Shown here one piece after another: positions 19,240 through 28,822 of a stretch of 64,000 bases of DNA (positions within the stretch are counted from its first letter, which is position 1; the number at the start of each line of letters is the position of its first letter). The position numbers and the translations under genes are program-made. The notes beneath the pieces were generated by a model. The model ran no database searches, was not told the DNA's origin, and was given only the letters and a program-made list of their open reading frames with translations. Location of the stretch: the IMG/VR virus record IMGVR_UViG_3300009684_000029; one strand, written 5' to 3'. This DNA comes from an uncultured virus (IMG/VR IMGVR_UViG_3300009684_000029) (taxonomy: Duplodnaviria; Heunggongvirae; Uroviricota; Caudoviricetes).

Positions 19240-19956
19240 ATGCAAAAAGAAAGAATTGTGAGTCTTATCAACAGATATCACTTAGCTGGTAATACAGACA
19301 GCGTAAAGTTAATTATAAAGGATAATCAATTGATTTGTTCTTTTATTTCATCTAATCAAAACGTGATTGGAGAGGTAGTATTGGATTCTGTAGATATTGA
19401 GGATGCAGAGTTGGCAGTATATACTACAAGTCAATTATTAAAAATGTTATCTGTATTAGATAGCGAAATTGAAATCAAATTAGTTAAAGTAGATCAAAAG
19501 GTATTTTCTTTAATCATTAGTGATAGCAATACTTCAATTACTTATATGTTATCAGATCTATCAGTAATTAAAGCAGTTCCTAAAATAAAAGCTCTTCCAT
19601 CTTTTGATGTTAAGATTGATATCACAAAGGAATTCTCTGATAAATTCTTAAAAGCTAAGAATGGTATGCCAGAAGCTGAAAACTTCGCAGTTACGTCAGA
19701 TGGTAATAGTTCAGAAGTATTACTTAATTATTCGACAGTAAATACTAATAGAATCAAGTTTAGTGTAAATGCTGAATCAGAAGGAAAATTATCTCCTACT
19801 TGTTTCTCTGCTAATATCTTTAAAGAAATTTTAAATTCGAACAAAGGAGCAGAAACAGGAATCTTTGAAGTATCGGGTCAAGGATTAGCAAGAGCTACTT
19901 TTACTGGCGAGGACTTTAAATCTACGTATTACTTAGTACAATTAAGCATCCAATAA
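19240..19956 (+). CDS. DNA polymerase sliding clamp (gp45-like)
   Basis: 238 aa, beta-rich, ends VS.QGLA...F......TYYL; lies before the clamp loader. Confidence 0.8.
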   Translation: MQKERIVSLINRYHLAGNTDSVKLIIKDNQLICSFISSNQNVIGEVVLDSVDIEDAELAVYTTSQLLKMLSVLDSEIEIKLVKVDQKVFSLIISDSNTSITYMLSDLSVIKAVPKIKALPSFDVKIDITKEFSDKFLKAKNGMPEAENFAVTSDGNSSEVLLNYSTVNTNRIKFSVNAESEGKLSPTCFSANIFKEILNSNKGAETGIFEVSGQGLARATFTGEDFKSTYYLVQLSIQ

Positions 19957-19957
19957 T

Positions 19958-20260
19958 ATGATAAATACATTAACAATCTCAGAAACTCAAAGACTTCAAG
20001 AGTCTTTTACAAAGAGTATGACTCAAATCGTTCCGACATATATTCAAGGTTCTAAAAACCATTATAAGTTCGTGACCTGGGTTATAGATGAATCATTAGA
20101 TTCTAATTATCGTTTAGTAACTGATATTACTGCTTTAAGTAGTGAAAGAAGTGAAATCGAAACCTTTGCTCAATACAAGAATCGTTTAAAGATGCAAAGA
20201 ATGTTTAAAAAGTATCGTTATATGTTTACAACAGATATTTCTGAGAAGAATGGCAATTAA
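19958..20260 (+). CDS. Hypothetical protein
   Basis: 100 aa ORF in operon. Confidence 0.6.
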   Translation: MINTLTISETQRLQESFTKSMTQIVPTYIQGSKNHYKFVTWVIDESLDSNYRLVTDITALSSERSEIETFAQYKNRLKMQRMFKKYRYMFTTDISEKNGN

Positions 20261-20320
20261 AATACTTTATCTTTTTCTTTAGTTTTTTCTTTCATCTCCC
20301 ATATTTATAATAAAGAGAAT

Positions 20321-20485
20321 ATGGGAAGATTAAGAAAATATAATACCGAAAAAGAAAGTAAAGAGGCTCAAAGACAATTTGCTCGCAATTACTATTGGAA
20401 GAATAAAGAACGTCTTGATAGAGAAGCTAAAGAAAGATATCAAAATAAAATCAATCCGAATAATGAATTACGAAAAGATTTATAA
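20321..20485 (+). CDS. Small basic protein preceding the HNH endonuclease (54 aa, not in ORF track)
   Basis: MGRLRKYNTEKESKEAQRQFARNYYWKNKE...; lies behind TATTTATA and a hairpin; overlaps the HNH start. Confidence 0.65.
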   Translation: MGRLRKYNTEKESKEAQRQFARNYYWKNKERLDREAKERYQNKINPNNELRKDL

Positions 20486-21245
20486 TGATATCGTAGCTAA
20501 GGCTAGGGCTGAAGATAGAAGGAAAATAAAGGGCGGAATATATTATGAAGCACATCATATCATACCAAAATGCTTAGGCGGAGACGGAAAGACATCTCAA
20601 CATAAACATCCTAATATTATATTACTTACTGCTAAAGAACATTATATTTGTCATCGATTATTATGTGAAATATATCCAAATAATAATAAATTAGTATATG
20701 CTTTTTGGAGGATGATTAATAGTTCAGGCGGTAATAACGATAGATATATTTTGTCTGGAAATGAATTTAAAAAAATAAAAGAGGAAATAAAGATAAAACT
20801 TGCAGGAAGAATAATTTCATCAGATACTAAAAAAAAGATGTCTATTTCTAGTAAAAATAGACCTCCAATGTCTGAGGAAACTAGAAAAAAATTATCAGAT
20901 AACTCTAAAGGTAAAAATAATCCAGGATCTAAACCTGAAGTAATTGCTAAACGCGTAGCTACTATGACCAAAAAAAGTTTAAATGGTATTTATGGCGTAT
21001 CAGGAAACCGTCATGCAAATTATAAAGGAGTTTTAGAACAAAAGATATTAAAATATAAAGGTGGCATTGCATCTGGTAATGCCACCCAAGTTGAAATTGA
21101 TGGTGTTAATTATGATTCTTATAAAGCAGCAAGTAGAGTATTTGGAATAGCAGGAGAAACCATATCTAGAAGATGTAAATCAGATAAATATCCTGCATGG
21201 AAAATTATAAAAGAATATAAAAAAGATGATAAAGAAAGAACATGA
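20463..21245 (+). CDS. HNH homing endonuclease with NUMOD3-like repeats
   Basis: YYEAHHIIPKCLGG...NIILLTAKEHYICHRLL; S.ETRKKLS repeats; start taken as ATG 20463 rather than TTG 20379. Confidence 0.9.
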   Translation: MNYEKIYNDIVAKARAEDRRKIKGGIYYEAHHIIPKCLGGDGKTSQHKHPNIILLTAKEHYICHRLLCEIYPNNNKLVYAFWRMINSSGGNNDRYILSGNEFKKIKEEIKIKLAGRIISSDTKKKMSISSKNRPPMSEETRKKLSDNSKGKNNPGSKPEVIAKRVATMTKKSLNGIYGVSGNRHANYKGVLEQKILKYKGGIASGNATQVEIDGVNYDSYKAASRVFGIAGETISRRCKSDKYPAWKIIKEYKKDDKERT

Positions 21246-22155
21246 TATTTGGACAGAGGCCTATAGGCCGCAAATACTCGAAGACTACGTCGGTAATGAC
21301 CACATAAAAGAGAAGATTCGGGTATTTCTTCAAAACGAAGATATGCCTCATCTTCTTTTAAGTGGACCTCCAGGTACAGGTAAAACGAGTTGCGCTAAAT
21401 TAATTACAAATACTTTTGATTTTGAAATGCTTTATATAAATGCATCTGATGAAAACTCAGTTGATGTTATTAGAGATAAAATAAAATCATTTGTAAGTAC
21501 GATTAGTTTTAATAAGTTTAAAGTAGTTATATTAGACGAGGCAGATTATGTTACTATTCAAGCTCAAGCAGCATTGCGTAACTTAATGGAGACATTTAGT
21601 AGCCATGCTAGATTTATTTTAACCTGTAATTACCTAGACAGAATTATTCCTGCTATTCAAAGTAGATGTCAATCCTTTCAAATCATTCCTCCTAATAAAA
21701 AGGAAGTGGCAGAAAGGGTAGTAAAGATATTGAACAATGAAAATATTACTTTTGATATTAAAGATGTTGCAAACTTTGTTAATGAAGGATATCCAGATAT
21801 CAGAAAGGTAATTAACTTATGTCAACAGCATTCAGTAAACGGAGAACTAACACCTGATAAATCTATTTCATCTAGAAAAGCATATACTTTACAATGTATT
21901 GATATATTAAAGAATGAAACCAGTCCAAAAGAATGCTTTACTAAAATAAGACAATTAATCGCAGATTCTAAGATAAGAGACTTTGCTGATTTATTTAGAA
22001 TATTATATGATGAGATAGATGTTTATGGAACGGGTCATATTGGCCCTGTTATTATGATAATAGCAGAATATCAGTATAAAGACACTTTCTCAGTTAATAA
22101 AGATATCAACGCTGCGGCGATGTTCGCAGCTCTTATAGGAACTATTAAAAAATAA
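21226..22155 (+). CDS. Clamp loader large subunit (gp44/RFC-like AAA+)
   Basis: W.E.YRP, GPPGTGKT, INASDE, LDEAD, SRC. Confidence 0.95.
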   Translation: MIKKEHDIWTEAYRPQILEDYVGNDHIKEKIRVFLQNEDMPHLLLSGPPGTGKTSCAKLITNTFDFEMLYINASDENSVDVIRDKIKSFVSTISFNKFKVVILDEADYVTIQAQAALRNLMETFSSHARFILTCNYLDRIIPAIQSRCQSFQIIPPNKKEVAERVVKILNNENITFDIKDVANFVNEGYPDIRKVINLCQQHSVNGELTPDKSISSRKAYTLQCIDILKNETSPKECFTKIRQLIADSKIRDFADLFRILYDEIDVYGTGHIGPVIMIIAEYQYKDTFSVNKDINAAAMFAALIGTIKK

Positions 22156-22184
22156 AAACAAACCTTTAAAAACAAATAAATAAA

Positions 22185-22436
22185 ATGAGAGAAGAATTAG
22201 GACAAGAACTAGTAGAAGTAGCTGTACCATCACCAAAAGATGAGTACAGACCATCAGACAAAGAAGCACTTCGTGAATATGAAGTTAGAATTAGATTCTT
22301 AAGTAGAGGATGTGTTGTAAGTGTAGGATGCCAGGAAATTGCATTTGAATCAGTAGAAACAGCTATGACTGCGATCAATGCGTATGTTGCAAATCCTTAT
22401 GATGAACAAAAAAGATGGAGAAAAATACTAGGATAA
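22185..22436 (+). CDS. Hypothetical protein
   Basis: 83 aa; RGCVVSVGCQEIAF. Confidence 0.7.
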   Translation: MREELGQELVEVAVPSPKDEYRPSDKEALREYEVRIRFLSRGCVVSVGCQEIAFESVETAMTAINAYVANPYDEQKRWRKILG

Positions 22437-22834
22437 TGAGTGGAGATGTAAAATTTGAAGGCACCCCAGAAGAATGGGGTGCTTTAGTAAAACAAAACAA
22501 AATAAATTGGATTGCTAAGGTTTGTCATCAAGCTAATAAAGCATGGTGTGAATCAGAAGGAGATAATTCTCAAAAAGATTGGATTGAAGCTGAACAATGG
22601 CAACGAGATTCGGCAATTAATGGTGTTAAGTTTAGAATTAGTAATCCAAATGGTGGACATGATGCTTCACATAATTCTTGGATGAAAGAAAAAGTAGAGA
22701 CAGGATGGGTTTTTGGTGAATTAAAAGATACTGAAAAGAAAACCCACCCTTGCATTGTGCCATTTGACCAATTACCTAAATTCCAGCAAAAGAAAGATGC
22801 TTTGTTCTGTGCTATCGTGGATGCTTTAAAATAA
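22436..22834 (+). CDS. RyR-domain protein
   Basis: HNSWM..K...GWVFG..KD...KTHPCIVPF..LP..Q..KD; start at coupled ATG 22436. Confidence 0.8.
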   Translation: MSGDVKFEGTPEEWGALVKQNKINWIAKVCHQANKAWCESEGDNSQKDWIEAEQWQRDSAINGVKFRISNPNGGHDASHNSWMKEKVETGWVFGELKDTEKKTHPCIVPFDQLPKFQQKKDALFCAIVDALK

Positions 22835-22840
22835 AATTAT

Positions 22841-23107
22841 ATGGCAATGGATTTATCGCAGCTCGGCAAAAGCGGAGCAACAGCAAACGTAGGAGGAGTT
22901 GAAATTGATTACTTGAAACAACCTGCTTTAGAATGTGAAGAAGTATATGAAGATGGAGAAGTGTGTGGTAATCATACCTTCTTACCTGTATATATCTTTA
23001 AAAAAATATCTGCAGTTCTTGCGCCTACCGGTAAAGAAGAACTTATACCAATGGAAACCTATAGATGTTCTGCTTGTGGGTCAATACCTAAAATATTCCC
23101 TCAATAA
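22841..23107 (+). CDS. Zinc-ribbon protein
   Basis: C...CGNHTF...KKISA...C..CG. Confidence 0.7.
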   Translation: MAMDLSQLGKSGATANVGGVEIDYLKQPALECEEVYEDGEVCGNHTFLPVYIFKKISAVLAPTGKEELIPMETYRCSACGSIPKIFPQ

Positions 23108-23622
23108 TGTCAGAAGAAGTAATTAAGGCAGTATCTGTTTTCGATTTAGTTAAGATCATGACCTCAACCGAAAGGAAATGGTCTGATCTTAACGACGCGG
23201 AAAAGAAAGCAACAGAACCATTTATGATAATCATGATTCTGTCAATGCATCCTGATTTATTAGAGATAGTAAATGAATTTCAAAGATATGCTATATCGTC
23301 TGATTTAAAGCCTAAAGAAGTTTATTCATTCTTTAATGATATTTTACCAAAGCGGTCTTATTATAGTCCTTGGGTTAAAGGTAAGAATGAAAATGCTTAT
23401 AGCAGTGTATTAATAGATGTTATAAGTGCTGAATATGAATGTTCAAAGTCTCAAGCTTATGAGTATTTAGATTTATTAACAGGCATTAATAATATAGATG
23501 CTATCATTAAGATAGTAAGTAAATATGGATATACCGAATCAGAGATAGAGGCTATTCTTTTAAATAAATCATTACCAAAACCAAAAGCGCCTAAGAAGGT
23601 AGCATCTAAAAAGAAAAAATAA
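23107..23622 (+). CDS. Putative clamp loader small subunit (gp62-like)
   Basis: PFMI...LSM, LPK...Y.PW.K, Y..S...A.EYL; close to the gp44-like gene. Confidence 0.7.
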   Translation: MSEEVIKAVSVFDLVKIMTSTERKWSDLNDAEKKATEPFMIIMILSMHPDLLEIVNEFQRYAISSDLKPKEVYSFFNDILPKRSYYSPWVKGKNENAYSSVLIDVISAEYECSKSQAYEYLDLLTGINNIDAIIKIVSKYGYTESEIEAILLNKSLPKPKAPKKVASKKKK

Positions 23623-23626
23623 CACA

Positions 23627-23836
23627 ATGCAATCAAAAAAACACAGCATACTTGAAAGTATATCTAACGTAACAGTAGGATTCTTAACTACTTTAATTTT
23701 CAGTCCATTTATATATTCTTTATGTGGTATGACATATACCTGGACTCAATTAGGTAGTGTAACAATAATCTTTACCATAATATCAATATTAAGATCTTAT
23801 ATTATAAGAAGATTCTTCAATCATAAACACAAATAA
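23627..23836 (+). CDS. Small two-TM phage protein
   Basis: MQSKKHS..ES..N...G...S..RSY..RR.FN. Confidence 0.7.
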   Translation: MQSKKHSILESISNVTVGFLTTLIFSPFIYSLCGMTYTWTQLGSVTIIFTIISILRSYIIRRFFNHKHK

Positions 23837-23882
23837 CAAATAAAAAGGTTGTTTATTTGAAATAAATCTCTTATATTTAAGT

Positions 23883-24227
23883 ATGAATAAAGAATTTATA
23901 CCCTACGAACAAGCATTAGCTTTAAAAGAATTAGGTTTTGATGAGCCTTGTTTTGCAAAATATAAATCAGACAAATTATTATTAAATATCAAGTGGAATA
24001 ATATATGGTGTGAAAATATAAATGAATTTGAAATTTATGCACCAACATACTCACAAGCTTTTAGATGGTTTAGAGAGAAGTATGGTTTACATATGTCAAT
24101 AAATGTAAAAGATGGTATTTGGTATTTTGAAAGGTTTAGTATAAATGGATTTAAAACCTATGAAGAAGCAGAACTTGCTTGTCTTAAAAAATTAATTGAA
24201 ATAGTAAATGAAAGAAAAGGCGCCTAA
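23883..24227 (+). CDS. Hypothetical phage protein
   Basis: KEFIPYEQALALKELGFDEPC...APTYSQAFRWFREK; TATATT 5 nt upstream. Confidence 0.75.
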   Translation: MNKEFIPYEQALALKELGFDEPCFAKYKSDKLLLNIKWNNIWCENINEFEIYAPTYSQAFRWFREKYGLHMSINVKDGIWYFERFSINGFKTYEEAELACLKKLIEIVNERKGA

Positions 24228-24483
24228 AATAGAAATAACTATCCCTAAAATTAAAAAGGAGTATGTATTTTCTGACAATGAAAGTACTGACACTTGGATA
24301 TACAATGATAAAGGTCTTTTAGAAGTAAAGATTGATTGGGATAAAAAATTACTTAAATCAATTCAAGATGAAATACTTTATCAAGAATCATTACCAAAAT
24401 CAAAACGAAAGTATTTGAATCCGGAAAATGGTAAGTTTGTTGGATATGCCCGAGCTAGAGATTTAGGATTTTTTGAAGATTAA
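24208..24483 (+). CDS. Hypothetical protein
   Basis: 91 aa ORF in operon. Confidence 0.6.
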   Translation: MKEKAPKIEITIPKIKKEYVFSDNESTDTWIYNDKGLLEVKIDWDKKLLKSIQDEILYQESLPKSKRKYLNPENGKFVGYARARDLGFFED

Positions 24484-24496
24484 ATAAATAAAGTAT

Positions 24497-24721
24497 ATGA
24501 GTGCAGAAATATTAAGAACGGAATTTAAATTGACATTCTCACAAGAAAATGATTGTATGGAAAGTAGTGACTTAGGTCAATTCTTAAATATATACACTGA
24601 AAATGGAGGTGGTGGTGATTATTTTGTTATGGATACAGAAAGATGGGCATTTGAGAATATTGATGACCTAATCGAAACCTTAAATCAATTTAAAGAAAAA
24701 TACGATAAACTAAATAAATAA
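24497..24721 (+). CDS. Hypothetical protein
   Basis: 74 aa; ENGGGGDYFVMDTERWAF. Confidence 0.65.
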   Translation: MSAEILRTEFKLTFSQENDCMESSDLGQFLNIYTENGGGGDYFVMDTERWAFENIDDLIETLNQFKEKYDKLNK

Positions 24722-24722
24722 T

Positions 24723-24914
24723 ATGAATAAAACAATGAAAATTGTAGATATATCTCTACATCTTATAATGATACTAACATGTATCTTATCTTTAATATTT
24801 ACACCTTTTAATTCTTGGATAGTGAATACTTTAATATGGGTAGGAATATCTTTATTAAAAGCATTAACTATTTCTAAGTTAGAAGATGAGATTGAAGAAA
24901 TATCAAAATTCTAA
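24723..24914 (+). CDS. Small membrane protein
   Basis: Two hydrophobic segments. Confidence 0.55.
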   Translation: MNKTMKIVDISLHLIMILTCILSLIFTPFNSWIVNTLIWVGISLLKALTISKLEDEIEEISKF

Positions 24915-24915
24915 T

Positions 24916-25149
24916 ATGGCTGATATTAACAAAGAACAAGTAAATCACCCTTCGCATTACGGCGGGGGTGATAATACTTACGAAGTAATTAAAGTAATCG
25001 AAGCATGGGACTTAGACTTTCATCTAGGAAATACGGTCAAGTATATTTCACGAGCAGGAAAGAAAGATCAAAATAAAGAACATCAAGATCTTAAAAAAGC
25101 TTTATGGTATTTAGAACGCAAAATTAATAACTTAGAAACTAATAAATAA
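24916..25149 (+). CDS. DUF3310-family protein
   Basis: VNHPSHY...GNTVKYISRAGKK...DLKKALWYL; start at ATG 24916. Confidence 0.85.
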   Translation: MADINKEQVNHPSHYGGGDNTYEVIKVIEAWDLDFHLGNTVKYISRAGKKDQNKEHQDLKKALWYLERKINNLETNK

Positions 25150-25150
25150 A

Positions 25151-25318
25151 ATGGAAGAAATATATGGATTTGTCTTTTGGCACAATTATTTAAATTCAAC
25201 ATGGTATGCAATACCTAGAGACCAGTATAGTACCTTTTTTGGCGGTAATGCTAATGCAGAAGGAGTATTAAAATCGGGAGATATTAAAACTCTAATTTCT
25301 ATTATAGAAAATCTTTAA
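25151..25318 (+). CDS. Small hypothetical protein (55 aa, not in ORF track)
   Basis: MEEIYGFVFWHNYLNSTWYAIPRD...; starts 1 nt after the previous stop. Confidence 0.6.
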   Translation: MEEIYGFVFWHNYLNSTWYAIPRDQYSTFFGGNANAEGVLKSGDIKTLISIIENL

Positions 25319-25370
25319 ACCTTTAATTGTTTTATAGTATGATGTAATATTTATAATAAAGCATTATACT

Positions 25371-25628
25371 ATGAACTTTAAAGACTGGATAATAGATTTG
25401 TTTAAAGACGAGAGAAGATCAACCTCGGTAAAGCCCGTAATAGCAATTATAGGGGCTTTATTTTTATGTATAACGATGGCTATTAATTCAGTCTCCCATG
25501 CTCAATTTCATCCTAATAAAGATTTAATAGATGCAGTAGTGTTAATTACCGCCCTAGCCTTAGGAGGTGATACTATGGATAAGTTTAGTTCATTTACTAA
25601 GAAAAAAGAGGAAGACCTTCCTAAATAA
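25371..25628 (+). CDS. Two-TM protein, holin-like
   Basis: Two TM helices and a charged tail; TATTTATA at 25348. Confidence 0.5.
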   Translation: MNFKDWIIDLFKDERRSTSVKPVIAIIGALFLCITMAINSVSHAQFHPNKDLIDAVVLITALALGGDTMDKFSSFTKKKEEDLPK

Positions 25629-26025
25629 TTTTCTTTTTAATTAAGATTTTAGAGAAGAATAATTCGAAGCTTAAGCTAAATGCTGAATGTAATAATAATA
25701 AATTACCTGCTATATTAACAAATATAGATTCCGTTACTATAACTGGATTATAGAACACTATAGCTAACGTAAATGCGGTAATCATAAGCATTTTAGCTAA
25801 GTGCCATGCATCTGTTAAAAATACTAAGAATGTTTTAGATCCGAAGAACTTAGGCCCTAAATTTGGATTATTATCCTTATACTTGTTCACCCAAGATTCT
25901 TGAGGGTTGAAAAACGTAGATAGTTTAGTATACTTACTAAAGATAGATGTTTTGTATCTAAAAGAAAGAACATCCATTGTGGCATTAAATGCCCCTGCTA
26001 AAAATAATAAAAATAATGTAATCAT
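25621..26025 (-). CDS. Membrane protein; the only convincing minus-strand gene
   Basis: SWVNKYK...LTDAWHLAK; TATTTATA on the minus strand just upstream (26029-26036); no large + ORF here. Confidence 0.75.
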   Translation of the reverse strand: MITLFLLFLAGAFNATMDVLSFRYKTSIFSKYTKLSTFFNPQESWVNKYKDNNPNLGPKFFGSKTFLVFLTDAWHLAKMLMITAFTLAIVFYNPVIVTESIFVNIAGNLLLLHSAFSLSFELFFSKILIKKKII

Positions 26026-26038
26026 ATCTATAAATATC

Positions 26039-26068
26039 TTAGGAAATATGAAATTAATTCTTTATAAT
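26039..26068 (+). promoter_or_regulatory. Putative promoter TTAGGA-N18-TATAAT
   Basis: Motif; ATG 5 nt downstream. Confidence 0.7.
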
Positions 26069-26073
26069 TAAGA

Positions 26074-27045
26074 ATGACAATCATAAATAAGATCTTAAAA
26101 ACAACAGAATCATTAAATATAAATGATACGACAAAAAAGAAAATATCCTTTAGTCAATATTCCAAATGGGCCAATTGCCCTAGAAGTTGGAAGCTTTCAT
26201 ATATAGATAAAATAAAAATATCAAGACCCTCTATATCATTAGTATTTGGAACTTCTTTCCACGAAACTCTACAGCATTTTTTATCGGTATTGTATAACGA
26301 TTCTGTAAAGAAAGCAAATCAAATTAATCTTCATGATATGTTGAAAGAACAAATGATGAATAACTATGCAGTAGATTTATCAAATAATAATGGAGTTCAT
26401 TTTGCTACTAAAGCTCAATTATTAGAACATTGGAATGATGGCTGCGAAATATTAGATTATATAGTTAAACATAGAGTAGAATACTTCTCAACTAAAGGAA
26501 TGGAATTAGTAGGTATTGAATTACCATTATTAGTTCAAGCTTCAGATAAAAATGAAAATGTATCATATCTTGGATATTTAGATTTAGTAATGTATGATAA
26601 AGATTTAGATAAGATTATTATATATGATATCAAAACATCTACAAAAGGATGGACAGATAAAGAAAAGAAAGATAAAGTCAAAACGTCCCAAGTAATCCTA
26701 TATAAAAAATACTTCTCTAAACTATTAGATTTCCCGGAAGATAAAATTAAAGTTGTATTTTGGATAGTAAGACGTAAATTATGGGAGAATCCTGATAATC
26801 CTTATATCAAAACAAAACGTATTCAAGAATTCATACCTACCGCAGGAACCAAGACAGTTAAAGATGTTGGAAGATCTATAGATACTTTTATATCAGAGTG
26901 TTTTAATGATGATGGAAGTTATAATACCGAAGCACAATATCCTGCTATATCTGGAGTAGAAAATATAAATTGTAAGTGGTGTGACTTTAAATCTCATGAA
27001 GGATGCCAATTAAGTGAACGTAAAACAACAAACTTATTTAAATAA
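26074..27045 (+). CDS. PD-(D/E)xK exonuclease (RecB/Cas4-like)
   Basis: SFSQ...CP, FGTSFHE, GYLDL...IYDIKT, Q..LY, CKWCDF....C. Confidence 0.88.
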   Translation: MTIINKILKTTESLNINDTTKKKISFSQYSKWANCPRSWKLSYIDKIKISRPSISLVFGTSFHETLQHFLSVLYNDSVKKANQINLHDMLKEQMMNNYAVDLSNNNGVHFATKAQLLEHWNDGCEILDYIVKHRVEYFSTKGMELVGIELPLLVQASDKNENVSYLGYLDLVMYDKDLDKIIIYDIKTSTKGWTDKEKKDKVKTSQVILYKKYFSKLLDFPEDKIKVVFWIVRRKLWENPDNPYIKTKRIQEFIPTAGTKTVKDVGRSIDTFISECFNDDGSYNTEAQYPAISGVENINCKWCDFKSHEGCQLSERKTTNLFK

Positions 27046-27084
27046 AGGTTTGGTATTTTAAATATTTTTTTATATATTAATGAT

Positions 27085-27522
27085 ATGATAGAGAAGCCTA
27101 AAATTTTAAAAATAGGAATTGCTGGAGATATAATTTATGAAAATGCAAGAAAAATTAAAGAAACGTTATTTCAGTTAAAGAACAGCCTTAAAGGACAAGA
27201 ATTTATAATATATTCATTAGGAAGTATACATGGAGCAGATAAATACATTAAAAAATATTGCTTAGAGCTTAATATTACTTATAAAGAATTTACACCATTA
27301 TTTCTTCCAGTAACATTATATTCTGTATTTCCGGCAGAGATGCATAATCAAAGATGGCATCCAGCAATAGCAGATAGGCACATAAGAAACTTCTTGAAAA
27401 CCTGCAAAAAATTCATTATATTTATTAATAAAGATGAAGTATCAAGTAAGTTTAATATAAAGTTAATTAAGTCTCAAACTACAAAACTAAAATCACCAAT
27501 AGTATTTATTAATGAAGGTTAA
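27085..27522 (+). CDS. SLOG/YspA-like protein
   Basis: KIGIAG...G..HGADKY. Confidence 0.5.
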   Translation: MIEKPKILKIGIAGDIIYENARKIKETLFQLKNSLKGQEFIIYSLGSIHGADKYIKKYCLELNITYKEFTPLFLPVTLYSVFPAEMHNQRWHPAIADRHIRNFLKTCKKFIIFINKDEVSSKFNIKLIKSQTTKLKSPIVFINEG

Positions 27523-27571
27523 AAAAAGGACCGGTTTTAAATATTAAGACGATAATTATATAAAATAAGTT

Positions 27572-27634
27572 ATGACAAACACCAAGAAACCAAAAATTCT
27601 CTTCTTGTGCGATGACCCTAGATTTAGTTGGTAG
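27572..27634 (+). pseudogene. Displaced original N-terminus of the glycosyltransferase at 28736/28807 (stub MTNTKKPKILFLCDDPRFS-W*)
   Basis: Joins in frame to RFSSGIAT at 28813 across the direct repeat AGATTTAGTT. Confidence 0.85.
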
Positions 27635-28822
27635 TTTTTACGACGATCCGAGATATTTATATTAAAGATATCATGGATTCCACTATACATACTATAACAG
27701 GCAGTATTTATATTCCTTGCGTTATTTGCGGGATTAAAATGAAGAATCGTATTAACGGCTCACATCTTAAAAAACACTTATTAACGATTCAAGAATACTT
27801 AATACAATATCCTGCAGCAGAAACAGGCTCATACAGTACATCAAATTTCAAATGTGCTATTTGTAATGAAGTAGTAAATAATAACTCTTCTATCAAATCA
27901 AAACATATTAATGGTCATGGATATACAATAGATGAATATAATATTAAATATACTAAAATAGAATGCGGTTGCGGCTGTGGTAATATAGCAGAATATTCAT
28001 ATTCTAGACATAAATATAATAAGTTCGTTACTGGGCACGATTATAAATCTTGGAATTCAGGATTGACAATGGATACAAACGATTCCTTAAAAAAAATATC
28101 TGAAGCTAGAAAGAAAACTAAAGGAACGTATACTAATAAACAAAAAAAGGAAATTTCCGAAAGATCTAAACTATATTGGAAAGCCCATCCAGAGTCTAAA
28201 ATATTAATGGTGTCTAAGATTAAAAATACTATGTTAGAGAAGTATGGTGTAGATAATTTTAGTAAACATTCATCATTTCTTGAGAAATTTAAAAAAACAT
28301 CGCAAGACCGGTATGGTGTAGATTATCCTAATCAAAACTCTGAAATATATGAAAAATCTTGCAAGAGTCGCAAATACTTTAAAGATTATATACTGCCATC
28401 AGGAAAAAAGATAAGAATACAAGGATATGAAGGTTATGCAATAGATATATTATTAACTATATATCATGAAAATGATATATTAACAAAAAAATCTGATATG
28501 CCTGAAGTATGGTATGAATTTGAAAATAAAAGACGTAGATATTATCCAGATATTTATATACCTTCACAAAATTTAATAATTGAGGTTAAATCTACTTTTA
28601 CATACAAATTAGAGACTCTACAAATACATTCCAAATTAAATGCTTTAAAAGAAATGGGATTTGATGCAAATATTTGGATTATCGATAAAAAAATATTATA
28701 TTCGATTATAAATTAATAAATAAAATAAGTTATATATGTTAAATGATTTAAACCAAGATAGTCGTCACTTGGAGAAGAAGAAGATTCTTTTCTTATGTGA
28801 CGACCCGTGACAAGATTTAGTT
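27630..28822 (+). mobile_element. Endonuclease element inserted in the 5' end of a GT gene, carrying a second copy of the N-terminus
   Basis: Direct repeat AGATTTAGTT at 27620-27629 and 28813-28822; internal promoter/hairpin, endonuclease and KKKILFLCDDP copy. Confidence 0.8.
27673..28716 (+). CDS. Putative homing endonuclease (Zn fingers plus PD-(D/E)xK)
   Basis: CVICG..HLKKH, CAIC..H, CGCGCG; KYGVDN/RYGVDY repeats; YYPDIYIP...IIEVKS; start at ATG 27673. Confidence 0.85.
   Translation: MDSTIHTITGSIYIPCVICGIKMKNRINGSHLKKHLLTIQEYLIQYPAAETGSYSTSNFKCAICNEVVNNNSSIKSKHINGHGYTIDEYNIKYTKIECGCGCGNIAEYSYSRHKYNKFVTGHDYKSWNSGLTMDTNDSLKKISEARKKTKGTYTNKQKKEISERSKLYWKAHPESKILMVSKIKNTMLEKYGVDNFSKHSSFLEKFKKTSQDRYGVDYPNQNSEIYEKSCKSRKYFKDYILPSGKKIRIQGYEGYAIDILLTIYHENDILTKKSDMPEVWYEFENKRRRYYPDIYIPSQNLIIEVKSTFTYKLETLQIHSKLNALKEMGFDANIWIIDKKILYSIIN

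Noticed and set aside
22935..23126. Alternative + strand ORFs (also 61566-61802 and 62092-62316)
   Set aside because: Each overlaps a better-supported gene in another frame
26074..27045. cas4 of a CRISPR system
   Set aside because: No array or other cas genes seen; solo Cas4/RecB-like nucleases are common in phages
27630..28812. IS element or group I/II intron in the GT gene
   Set aside because: No transposase or RT motifs, no terminal inverted repeats, and flanks too short for a ribozyme
28805..28815. TGA reassignment or T4 gene 60-style bypass
   Set aside because: Read-through would stay in the wrong frame, TGA ends other genes (11782, 34168), and there is no matching Pro landing codon
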